Origin: Chara braunii
Taxonomy: Eukaryota > Plantae > Charophyceae
Direction of reading: 5' to 3'
DNA length: 51,033 bases
Assembly: GCA_003427395.1 (NCBI GenBank)
Contig: BFEA01000032.1
Coordinates: 531,524-582,556 of the forward strand
The notes beneath the pieces were generated by a model. That model made no database searches. It worked only from the letters and a program-made list of their open reading frames with translations, and was not told where the DNA came from. Position numbers and translations under genes: made by a program. This document shows positions 13,784-24,591 of the stretch, piece by piece (positions within the stretch are counted from its first letter, which is position 1; each line of letters opens with the position of its first letter).

Positions 13784-14693
13784 CGAATGCAAGTATGCCA
13801 AGTCATGTCTTTGAGTGGGCACAGTCAAATCCCAACAGGCGCTCGAAATGTCCCAGTGCGAGTGTACCCCAAGTAGAAAATCTGGGGGCATTTCGATCGC
13901 CCACGAAAAAGAAAAGGCAGCGACCACTTCAACAGCTGCGGCAAAAACTGCACAACAGATTCAGCAGAAGCCAGCGGCACCGGTGGCAGCAGCTGCTGCA
14001 GTTTCAGTGACAGCAGCTGCTGCAGTTTCAGTGAAAGAGACGAACCGCCTCACACACCATCTGACACTCTCAGATACGACATTCGCACACACTTCCACAG
14101 TATTACACAGTTGCCCGCAGTAGCAGATACTGATGTAAAGCTGTTTCACTTGCGATTGTTCTGTCCAGTGTCGGAGACTTGTTGAGTGAAGGAGGCACCG
14201 AAACAGGAAGCCAAGAGCAAGGAGGAAGAGGAGAGCGAGGAGAAAGACGAGAACGGGAGGAGGAAAAATAGGAGTGCCGGTACGTACATAGAAGATGGTG
14301 ATGGGTTAGGGTGACATTAGTCGCAAGTGAGAGGAACAAAAAACAGTAGAAAGGAGTCAGCAGGGAGGAAGGAAAGGAAGGCGGAGACAGCGAACGGCCT
14401 TCTTCTCGAACCTCCCTCTCTTCCCGGGCCTGCCTCTACTACCAGTGCAAAGCTGAGAATAACGTGCTTCTCAGATCTGCACCCGCTAGGCGAATGAGAG
14501 AAAATGAGGGAGCGTGGAAAAGGGAAAGGGAAGAAGTGTGTTTGCATACGCTACAGTATCTCTAACGTAATTATTCAAGAAGTTGGCACGTGGCAAGTTC
14601 TCAGAAAAAAGCCGTCCCCATTCAAATATAAAATTAAAACATGTGCTTAAAAGAAGTGCATCAAATATTCGATATAAGGAGAATAAAAAACAT

Positions 14694-15638
14694 NNNNNNN
14701 NNNNNNNNNNNNNNNNNNNNNNNNNNNNNNNNNNNNNNNNNNNNNNNNNNNNNNNNNNNNNNNNNNNNNNNNNNNNNNNNNNNNNNNNNNNNNNNNNNNN
14801 NNNNNNNNNNNNNNNNNNNNNNNNNNNNNNNNNNNNNNNNNNNNNNNNNNNNNNNNNNNNNNNNNNNNNNNNNNNNNNNNNNNNNNNNNNNNNNNNNNNN
14901 NNNNNNNNNNNNNNNNNNNNNNNNNNNNNNNNNNNNNNNNNNNNNNNNNNNNNNNNNNNNNNNNNNNNNNNNNNNNNNNNNNNNNNNNNNNNNNNNNNNN
15001 NNNNNNNNNNNNNNNNNNNNNNNNNNNNNNNNNNNNNNNNNNNNNNNNNNNNNNNNNNNNNNNNNNNNNNNNNNNNNNNNNNNNNNNNNNNNNNNNNNNN
15101 NNNNNNNNNNNNNNNNNNNNNNNNNNNNNNNNNNNNNNNNNNNNNNNNNNNNNNNNNNNNNNNNNNNNNNNNNNNNNNNNNNNNNNNNNNNNNNNNNNNN
15201 NNNNNNNNNNNNNNNNNNNNNNNNNNNNNNNNNNNNNNNNNNNNNNNNNNNNNNNNNNNNNNNNNNNNNNNNNNNNNNNNNNNNNNNNNNNNNNNNNNNN
15301 NNNNNNNNNNNNNNNNNNNNNNNNNNNNNNNNNNNNNNNNNNNNNNNNNNNNNNNNNNNNNNNNNNNNNNNNNNNNNNNNNNNNNNNNNNNNNNNNNNNN
15401 NNNNNNNNNNNNNNNNNNNNNNNNNNNNNNNNNNNNNNNNNNNNNNNNNNNNNNNNNNNNNNNNNNNNNNNNNNNNNNNNNNNNNNNNNNNNNNNNNNNN
15501 NNNNNNNNNNNNNNNNNNNNNNNNNNNNNNNNNNNNNNNNNNNNNNNNNNNNNNNNNNNNNNNNNNNNNNNNNNNNNNNNNNNNNNNNNNNNNNNNNNNN
15601 NNNNNNNNNNNNNNNNNNNNNNNNNNNNNNNNNNNNNN
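14694..15638. other. Assembly gap (N run)
   Basis: Run of N. Confidence 1.
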
Positions 15639-17668
15639 CCACCCCGCAGAATTTTAAAACATTCAGGGTGTCCGATGTGTTGCTGACCTGACATGATCTC
15701 TCACGTTCATGTACTATTGAATGAAGATCTCAGGACAGTTCCTGATCAAATTCAAGAAATAGAAGTGAAGAAAAAGCTATTCAGGTTGGACGATCACCAA
15801 TGACTACCCGTTTCTGCAACAGGACTCCCTATCCCAACCACCACCAGTAGGATCTACCTTCTCGGATCAGAGTTATTGAGCATGTCCGGTCTGATGGTTT
15901 AAGCTCGTATACCTCAACTGCGAGACTAATCAGCGAGCCGACAACGGACCGAAGAGAGAAAAAGAAGCGGAGGGAGAGAGCCGGGGTGAAAAGAGAGAAG
16001 TCGAGGGTATTTGCAGCAGGGCTACGAAAGGGGTAGGCATAATGACAGAACTCTCATTCCGAATAGTTTTGGACTTTGTTGAAGCGAGGATCATGCAACT
16101 TCATCGCATTTCGAGTTCAGTCGCAGATGGGGCAGAAGGAGAAGCATTGCAAATAACTAGACGCTTGGGAATAGAAGGGGAGGGACGACGAGAAGGGCAA
16201 GGAGGTGAACGAACACAACGTAGAGTGGATGCTTCCTTTCAGCGGGCAGCTGCTGAAGGCGCTCGAACTCGGCCGGGAGATCGGGGAGGGATACAACTGC
16301 TTTCTATGGGAAGAGATATCAAGCATGTCGAGCCACTCAACAGTGAAGGAGGGGGTTCGCCAACTCTTGCCGAGTTGAGGGCATAAGGCAGGGGGATCGA
16401 GGCCTATGTTCTCCTGTGGTTATTTCGCCTATCTCCGCCGCCTTGCAGTCCAAGGAGCACAGGTCATCTGTCTGATGCGAGGAGACCGTGCCACGTTGCG
16501 AATAAGTTCAGGGAGACCTATCAGAATGAGGCGCATGCGTAGGAGCTACAATCGGTAGTAGCTCGCTCAAGAGAAAGCTGGGTTCAAGCGACCACGAAGG
16601 AGAGGAGGAAGAAATGGGAGGACGTAGAAGTAAGACGGCGCCCATTGTCCAGGACAGTTCGAGATGCGCATCGAGTTCCGTTCCACTTCGACAAACCTCT
16701 TAGGGCAATGGGGAAGACACCACAGGCTATGACTACAAAACAGCGGCGACAAGAGGCGCCCAGGACTCCGGCGGAGCTCTCCAGACGAGCAAAATGATTG
16801 CCAAACTTCCACGACATCATGGAAAGATACAGAGCGATAGTTTATGTCATTAACGCATTTCGCGAGTGGTGAGGGGATGCCACACTACGGCCCACGACAT
16901 CCCTTCCGCTACTTCGCCTCCTCTTCACATGGACACCAGTCTTCACCCGAATAGAACGCCCAGTAATCCTCGCCGTGTCCGAACTGGCCGTCGGACCGAC
17001 TACGCAATAATGACCAGGCGTTCTGTTCGGGTGCGCAGCTACAACGACCACCATGTGTTCTGTGCAGGTGAGGAAGGTTGACACATTCACCAACTACCGA
17101 CATCGCCGAGAGTTATCCACTGCATCGACAAGCCGCGAACAGGAGATCGATGAAACACATTCCCCAACGAACGATACGGCACATACGACAAATTTTCACA
17201 GAACTTTTGAGCAGCGGCGCATGAGAGTTCGGTATGCTTTAGCCAAGAGCAAGATAGGATTCAATCACATCATGCATTGCACTACAAAAGAGTCGAAATT
17301 CAAAAAGAATAGCAATCAACCCACAAAACTTACAATCGAAACCACAGATTGATGTCGAAAAACCTCCAAAAAGACTTGGGAATGCGAAAGCCGGATATAT
17401 AACTCGTCTATCGCAAGCCTGCTTCAATTAGCCAAAACCTTTACATCCTCCATCACAACAGCACCCAGTAGTTCCGAAGGCTGTAGGTCTGTATCACAGG
17501 CCTGGTCGGGCCCAGCTCAAGAGCGAAAAACCATCTATCTTCTCCCTAGAGACAAGCCGATGACGGACCTCAAATCGACAGCAAAGACAAATCTTTGCTG
17601 TCCATGCTCATGGACCAAAAATTCGACCTTCAAGCCAAGCCCCGGCAACGTTAAACCTAATACCACCA

Positions 17669-17753
17669 CTAAGCGGCACCAGCACCACCCTTGCCCTTCT
17701 TCTTCTGGATCTTCTTCAGGTAGAACTCCAACTCCTTCGCTTCAAGAATGTAC
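17669..17753 (-). CDS. RPS8: RPS8 coding exon 5 (stop)
   Basis: ctgcag|GTACATTCTTGAAGCGAAGGAG...GCCGCTTAG, encoding [27 protein letters not shown]. Confidence 0.96.
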
Positions 17754-20700
17754 CTGCAGAGGAAAATTAATTAGGGCAATTGTCAGAAATCATCTCGCAT
17801 GCCAACACCTCAGCAACCGCTACACTCACCGCCAAAAACGACATAAGTCGACATCAAGATTAGAAGAGAAATGCCGACGAAAAATGTAGCGGAGCAAGGG
17901 CCTCTGACGAGGACCTGTGACACTAACACTTAAAATAACGTACAATTTCTATCTTTACATCCAGAAACTGTGATCATTACAATAGCCAGATACATTGGCG
18001 AGTGCAAGAGTAGTTCCTTGTTCTCCAGCTGATTCGATTACAATCGTCCATGGAACGCAACAAAAACACAACCCTAATCTCAATCGAGAGGAACTAAAGT
18101 GACCCAGCCCTTCAACGAAACCCCACAGTATATCTGCACAAATCAGATCACGATTTCCCGATTTAACACAGTCGTTTTTATTTTCCAGCTGAAGCCATCA
18201 GAATCGTTCACGGAAAACAACAAACGCACACAACCCTAATCCCAGTCCAGAGAAGTTGGATGACACTCAGCCCTTCAAGGAAACCCCACATAAGCCCCGC
18301 ACACATTAGATGTGAAGCTTTCATGATTTAGTCCAAGTTCAAGACTGGCAAATTCCAGAAAACAAAACGACCTGGCTCTACATGCCATTCATCGGATGTC
18401 GTATGAAGCACACTCATGTCAAACTTTGCCCAGTGGCAAACAGTGATTCGACTAGTACGAAAGAATCTCTCGTTACACGACTTTCATCTGACGACTTTAG
18501 CAATACCACAATTTAGGTATTTCCTCATTCAAAGGGGTTCATCGACAGCTCCCGTTCCTTGTTCACTCTTCTTAAAACTAGTTCATTCTTACATCGGGAG
18601 ACGAGATTCCACTCACCCGTCAGCACGGCCGCACTGTCCAGGACGAGAGCATAGACAAGCAAGCAAACGTCCGCTTGCGAATTGGTCCTCAAGGTGCGAG
18701 TCCAAAGTCCGCCCTTCCTGCCTTTTCTCCAGCTTCCGCATCACGTGGTTGCTCTTCTTCGAGGCATCAACTGCCTGAGCGGCAGCATCCTGCAGCCAAA
18801 CGGTCAAGAGAGAAAACACCTTCAGTTAACTCTTCTCGCCCAGTCAGAAGTTACAGTCAACTCGACGTAAGGACTCGGCCCTTCGCAAGCAACAAAACGC
18901 ATCCACTACCTGAAGCCTCCTCGTCAAGACGCAATTGGGCAAGAGGTGACGAACAAACTAGGGTTCATCATAGTTAACGGGGCCCTTTCCATTCACTACA
19001 TGCTCGAGACTTCTTGTCAAGACGCAATTTCAGAGAGAGAGAGAGGTAACGACCTAACTATGGCTGATCGTAGTTTGGGGAGCCCTCAGAGACGATACAT
19101 ACCTCGCCTTCTTTGACGACAACCTTCTTCTTCTTGCCAATATCAACTCCGTAATGCGTCAAGTACCATTGCCTGAATGGCGCAGCATCAATCTGCACAA
19201 TAGCGTTCTTCACGAGAGTCTGCGTCCGCACCAGCTCATTATTGGAAGCGTTGTACACGACGTCCAAGATACGAGTTTTACGCGTGATGGCTTCCGAGCC
19301 CCATGCGTAATTACCCGAGTCAAGTCTCAAAGCACGGAATTTATAGTTGCCACCGCGCACTCGCACTCTACGCACCGTCTTGTTGCTCGACAATTTCGTG
19401 TTAGCCGGTTGGCGACCGAGCTCGTACCTGCAAACACAACATGGCCGCCGACGGCTCAGAAAAAGATTCGGAAACAGTTTGCGTACTCATGCCAGGTGAG
19501 ATGCTCGCGTACAAGCGTACTCATCAGAGAACAGCAGAGGCAGGAGATAAACAGAGGGCAAATAAAGCCTTTACACAGGGGAGATCCGATATCTCAAACA
19601 CAAACCACACACCACGAACAGGGCATCCACCAACGAAGTGAACGAGGACAAATGAGATCGTCCGGACTGTCTAGAAAAGGAGAATTTTCTGTAAACGACC
19701 GTGACAAGCTGTAGGAAACACTACTGGGGAAATGGTAGTGACAAGCTGGAGAGAAGACCAGTCGTCAAGAGAGCGGTGAAATCTAATGAAGGCAGTCAAC
19801 TCAGGGAAAAGGGAGCGAAGGCGTTACGAAAGGACGGGGGGAGGCGCAAAAACGTAGCGAAAAGCAGCGGAGAAAATGGTTTAGTAACTGGATATCGGGA
19901 GGCGGGGAGAAGTCACGCAAAAGGAGTCGGGTAAGAGATCGGCGAGGGCTCGCGAAGGTTAAAAATCGTGTATCAAATGAGGTGGGGCAAGGCGAACAGC
20001 GGGAAGCTTGGAATGGTGGGTGAGAGAGTGGAGGAAGATCACGTAGACGAAAGAGTAGAAATGAGAAGAGGAGGGAGACGAAGAGAGACTAGAGGAGATG
20101 GGAAGAGGTGAAAACGCGATGATAAGAAAGTCGTGAAGACGGAAGAAAGAAGGGCACCCATGAAAGCACAGTGGAACTGGTGGAGGGATGGCCGATCTGC
20201 TAGGAAAACCGGGAACAAACTCGCAAGACAAACACAATGGAGCACGCAGGAAAAAGAAATTACCGAGAAGGGAGTGATCACCTTAGAAGATAATGGAAGC
20301 GCACCCTTAAAGGGCGGGAAGATTAGCCTGAGAGTGCGCCACGGAACTCGTGACAAGGCGAGAGAGAGCGTGCGAAAAGACGACGAGACAACGCGTCGTC
20401 ACGGGCAAAAGAGATGACGCTTGGATACATTACACAGCACCATGAGGAAGCCCCAGGGAATGGACAAGAGAACGCGCGGGAAGACAAGAGGTATTGGGAG
20501 GACAAGGGGGAAGGAGGGAATGTTGAAAACACATGAAAGGGAAAAGGTAAGCTGCGGACAATTGAGGACGGGAGGAGGGAGGAGTGAAATAACATGTATC
20601 ATACTTGAAGAGACCACAGGAAGCAAAGGTGGAGAGGAGGGGGAGGAAGAGAAAGGATGAAAACATGCGTACGATAAATGAAGAGGCCACAGGAAACAAA

Positions 20701-21119
20701 GGCGGAGATGGAAGAAGGAAATAAGGAGTGCTACGAAGAAGGGCTTAAACCCCTGACTTAACCAGGGGGCCGCTGGACTAACGAGACGACAGAGGTAGGA
20801 AAAGACGCTCAATGAGGCGGACGGGGACGACAGGAATAGGACGTCCAAATGGCTGAGTTCTGGAGGGAGCACTTTCCACGGCACTCACTTTCTCTTCTTC
20901 CGCCATGCCTTCTTCTTTCCTCCTGTCGCGCGTCTCTTGTGGGTGGAAGAGCGTGAGATACCTGCAACCCAACATGCAGAAGACAGGTTTCTCAGTTAGC
21001 GTACATCACGTGCATGGAGGCTGGGTCAACTAGATCCTTGTCATCGACGAAAAGCAATGTTCGCAGCAGTAGGAGGATGGTAGTTGCCATCGCCAACAGG
21101 AGAAGAAACACATACCCAT
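17669..21119 (-). CDS. RPS8: 40S ribosomal protein S8 (eS8), 5 coding exons, 219 aa
   Basis: Exons 21116-21119, 20889-20961, 19103-19427, 18617-18789 and 17669-17753 sum to 660 nt with GT..AG introns and consistent phases. Translation [71 protein letters not shown]...[38 protein letters not shown] is recognisably plant-type eS8. Confidence 0.98.
18020..18325. repeat. Diverged ~160-bp tandem duplication in RPS8 intron 4, each copy with a telo-box-like AACCCTAAT
   Basis: ccagctga...cacaaccctaatc...cagcccttcaa.gaaaccccaca...gcaca.at.agat occurs at about 18020-18165 and 18181-18325. Confidence 0.75.
18617..18789 (-). CDS. RPS8: RPS8 coding exon 4
   Basis: ctgcag|GATGCT...GCTGACGG|gtgagt, encoding [24 protein letters not shown]...[10 protein letters not shown](G). 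Confidence 0.97.
19103..19427 (-). CDS. RPS8: RPS8 coding exon 3
   Basis: ttgcag|GTACGAGCTC...GAAGGCGAG|gtatgt, encoding [36 protein letters not shown]...[17 protein letters not shown]. Overlaps ORF 19058..19393. Confidence 0.98.
20889..20961 (-). CDS. RPS8: RPS8 coding exon 2
   Basis: ttgcag|GTATCTCACGC...AAGAGAAA|gtgagt, encoding (G)[23 protein letters not shown](K). Confidence 0.96.
21116..21119 (-). CDS. RPS8: RPS8 coding exon 1 (ATGG)
   Basis: Minus strand reads ATGG|GTATGT. Joined to exon 2 it gives M-G-I-S-R. Confidence 0.85.
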
Positions 21120-21157
21120 GATTCCGAGCTAACAACACTCCCAGACGAACCGGCTGC

Positions 21158-21275
21158 AAAGAGGGGAAGGAAACAGGAGCCGGGCGAGTTTATGTTTGGT
21201 ACGTTCCACCGTCCTGGGCTTCGACAGAGCCCGGCGAGTTTATGTTTGGTACTTCCACAGTCCTGGGCCTCGCAA
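21158..21275 (-). promoter_or_regulatory. Putative RPS8 promoter/5' leader: pyrimidine tract plus a ~50-bp tandem duplication carrying site II-like TGGGCY motifs
   Basis: Minus strand CTCCTGTTTCCTTCCCCTCTTT at 21158-21179. The unit gagcc..gcgagtttatgtttggtac..ttccac..gtcctgggc is duplicated at about 21177-21223 and 21227-21273, each copy with TGGGCT/TGGGCC. Site II motifs are established in plant ribosomal protein promoters. Confidence 0.45.
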
Positions 21276-23586
21276 TTCGCAGCCAGCAGACTGCGCCTCA
21301 GGGCCCCACTGCACTACACCCCACACCACGGGATGAATAGTCACCCCCGGTGGGTGTCGACCCAAGGGCCTCACCTCTCCACATTCTCACGCCGGTTTTT
21401 TTCGGACTCACCCCACCCCACTCAACTGCGATGAGCCTGCTTCGTTGCCCGGGGGGNNGGGGGNNGGGGGGGGGGGGGGGGGGAGCGGGGAACCGTGCAC
21501 GTAGGTCGAACCAGGCAGCCTCAATCGATAAACACTCAGGATCCCTCGACGTGAAGGGAGACCACAAGTATGGGGTACGTGTCAAACGGTGCCCTTTGTG
21601 CACCACATTGCTTAAGGCGACTAAAAGAGCGACAGGGATAGAGAGCACCAGGTTAGTTTTTTCCCTTTATTCTTTCATTCTTATGTTATTAGTGGGGGGC
21701 TTCGGGTTCTCCTAATTTTGTCATAACCTTTTTTTTTCAATAACACTTAAGATTGTTGTCCTTGCTTTTTTTCGTAACTATAAAAGCGCATTAGCAAGTG
21801 CAAAACGAAAAATTCTCATTTTTTACATAACAGAATAGTATTTTTATTTTAGATTAGAGGTAAATTTTTTTCTTATGACAATTTATTACAATTGTAATCG
21901 CTATGATATACGATACGATTTACAACAACAAGGATCATTTTTAAAATATAATACTTGTGTAAATATTTTAAAAAATATTGGGAATACTGATAAAAATGTA
22001 TTGTTCATAACGAATAGAGCGTTATGTTATGCATTCGGGTAACGACTCTCTTTACAACCAAAGTCTTAACTGTATAATGAAAATATAACTAAATCATTAC
22101 ATTTGATTCAATATTTTATAATTATAAAATGTGTGGAAAAATATAACAGAAGACTAAGTAAAGGTGATAAATAAACCTAATTGTTAGTAATATTGAAAGG
22201 TTAAAATAAATATTATACCCCAAATCACTATCAAATTCTGTTTCATTACAATTTTATTTTACAAACGTTAAGGGGTGTTGAGTAAGCACGAAAGGAGGAA
22301 AAAAAACTTGTTTCATAGCCAGGTGGGTGAAAAACTCAAAGTTAAAACATATTAATTATGAAAGAGAAAATAACTAAAGAGAATAAGTAAAATATTATAG
22401 TAAAAATGGTTAGGATAAAGAGATTTATACTTGCTAATGAAGAAACTATAGTAGGAATAAGCAGAGAGTTGGTTGATTATATGGACTCTATGAAAGTGAA
22501 GACATGGCCTGAGCTAAAAACCCATATTAAAAAATTATATAATTCAAAGGTTAAAAGGTGCATTAGCAAATTAATGAATATAAATTATTTAGTATTTATT
22601 ATAGCTAGATTGATGCTTCATAATTCACATATATGTTAAGGTAAAGATGATTTGTGAAAGCGTCAGTTACTGTTTCAACCATGTTGTAGAGTGGTTTAAT
22701 TTTTATATTTTTATTTTTTTTAATAATTTTATTTAAACACCACTTCCAACTTGAAAAAGAAATTGGACTACTATTGAATGTCAGAAGTCGTTAAAATTAA
22801 TTTGAGAGTGTGTTTTACCACACTGCATTCTCGACATTGGAAGAACTCGGTTTTTTAGGTTATGAGGCACACTTTCGAGAGTTCAATATGGCGATGCACC
22901 CACTCACAGATTTGAGATTGGTCCTACACGAGAAAAACGTACCCGTTACGAGCGGATGGAGGGAAGGGAAGTGGTACAACGACAGGGGCGGTGAAACTTT
23001 GCCTTAACATTTGAACTCATGAATATTCTAGAGATTATAACCAACTTTTTTTGTGCGGCTCTGTCTCTCCCAATGGGTCAGTTTTCACGCGTGTTCCCTA
23101 TCATCAGGGCAGTCGAGTGCTCACACTGTGTTTTATGTGTTCGTTGAGTTATGTGATAAACTCTCTCCTTTGTTGGAAAAAGTGTACGAGAATATTCACC
23201 GACTACCATAGCTTGGGTGGGGTTCATAGAGCAAAGAGAGACACTTATTACGCTCATATTTCTCTGTCTTCCACAATGGAAATAGTTGACTCCTCCTCCT
23301 CCTTCCCAACTTCCTCTCCGCCTGTTGTTTTTCTACCTCTTATGGGAGAAGCGTGACTAAGGTCTCTGTCGTGTTACCAACGGGAATTATTCATTTATTT
23401 TTTGTATCCTCGTTCTCATATCCTTGTACGATTTGCTTTCTCTCTCTCTCTTTCCACATGAGCCAATGTCTTGTGGTCGTTGCAAATATTTGTGTTTCTA
23501 GAGTGTGATTTTTTTTTCTCTATCTCTCTCCTTCTCTCTCCCTCTAATATGTTAGCACATGATTGTCGTTGTACAATTTGTTATTC

Positions 23587-23630
<44 letters not shown>

Positions 23631-23632
<2 letters not shown>

Positions 23633-23664
23633 GCCTACGGTTTACCGGGCAGTTCTATTTGACG
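23631..23664 (+). mobile_element. (TA)n-embedded short element, 34-bp copy
   Basis: ctgcctacggtttaccgggcagttctatttgacg between two (TA)n runs. Identical in reverse complement to 28675-28708. Confidence 0.65.
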
Positions 23665-24061
23665 ATATATATATATATATATATATATTTGCTCTCGTTC
23701 TCTCTTTGACCTGTCAGTATATGGTCATCGATGTATAACGCATCGTCCATTTATTTTTATATTATTTACTCTCTCTCTCTTTCTCTCTCTCTTTCCCACT
23801 CTCTCTCTTTCTCTTTCTCCCTCTTTCTCTCATTGCTACGTTGGTTATTGCTGTATAACTTGTTGTTCATATTTTTTTCTCATCATCGATTTTTTTCCCC
23901 CTTTCTCTTTGTTTGATATGTTATCATGTGGTCATCACTCTACAACTTAGTGATATTTTTTTTCCTTTTATGATTAACTTTTTTTTCCCCCCTCTCTTTT
24001 ACACACACACACACACATACTCGATATGCATACATTGGTGTTACTTTATAAACAACCGAAA

Positions 24062-24591
24062 ATGTCGAAGAATGAAAGGTAAGTTTTTTTTTTTTTTTTT
24101 TAACTGTGTAATTTTACTCATCCGTTTGTATGTTGATCTGAACTTGGGTCTGTACTTCAACCATATGTAGTGTTTTCCTTCTGGACGACATTGCAAAATA
24201 CTGTAAGTTTTATAGTTGATAAGGTGTCACTTTTTTCGCTTGATTAGTAGCAATTTATTATTTTTTTCTTCCTCCGTTGTCTATGTATGAAAGTATCACG
24301 TATACTAATAAAAACAGATGAATTGTTAACGCTATTTTGTCATAGTACTTTCAAGAAAGTACCAATATTCATATACCTCCTCCTCTTTGCTCTCTTTTGC
24401 TCCTCCTGTATATTTTTTTTTATTTTTATTTTTTTTACTTCTTTCCTTCTGCAGGTCAGAAAGAGTGGTGGTGGTGTGAAGGCAAGCACAAGATTTGTGT
24501 CCCTGACCTAAAAGGGGAATTCATAGGAAAAAGGAATGCGAGAAAAAGGAGGGGCAATAAAAAGAGAAAAAAATGGGAAAAAAAAAAATAA
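24062..24591 (+). CDS. Candidate three-exon micro-gene, 61 aa, unknown function
   Basis: join(24062..24078,24171..24202,24455..24591). Both donors are GTAAGT, acceptors are atgtag and ttctgcag, and phases are consistent. Gives MSKNESVFLLDDIAKYCQKEWWWCEGKHKICVPDLKGEFIGKRNARKRRGNKKRKKWEKKK*. Confidence 0.4.

Noticed and set aside
13815-14123. Ala/Gln-rich ORF
   Set aside because: It has no ATG start and derives from a short cagcagctgctgcagtttcagtga duplication, with no domain evidence.
14486-15694. Long ORFs in the track (also 27561-28322 and 30990-31690)
   Set aside because: They are produced by N gaps or GA minisatellites.
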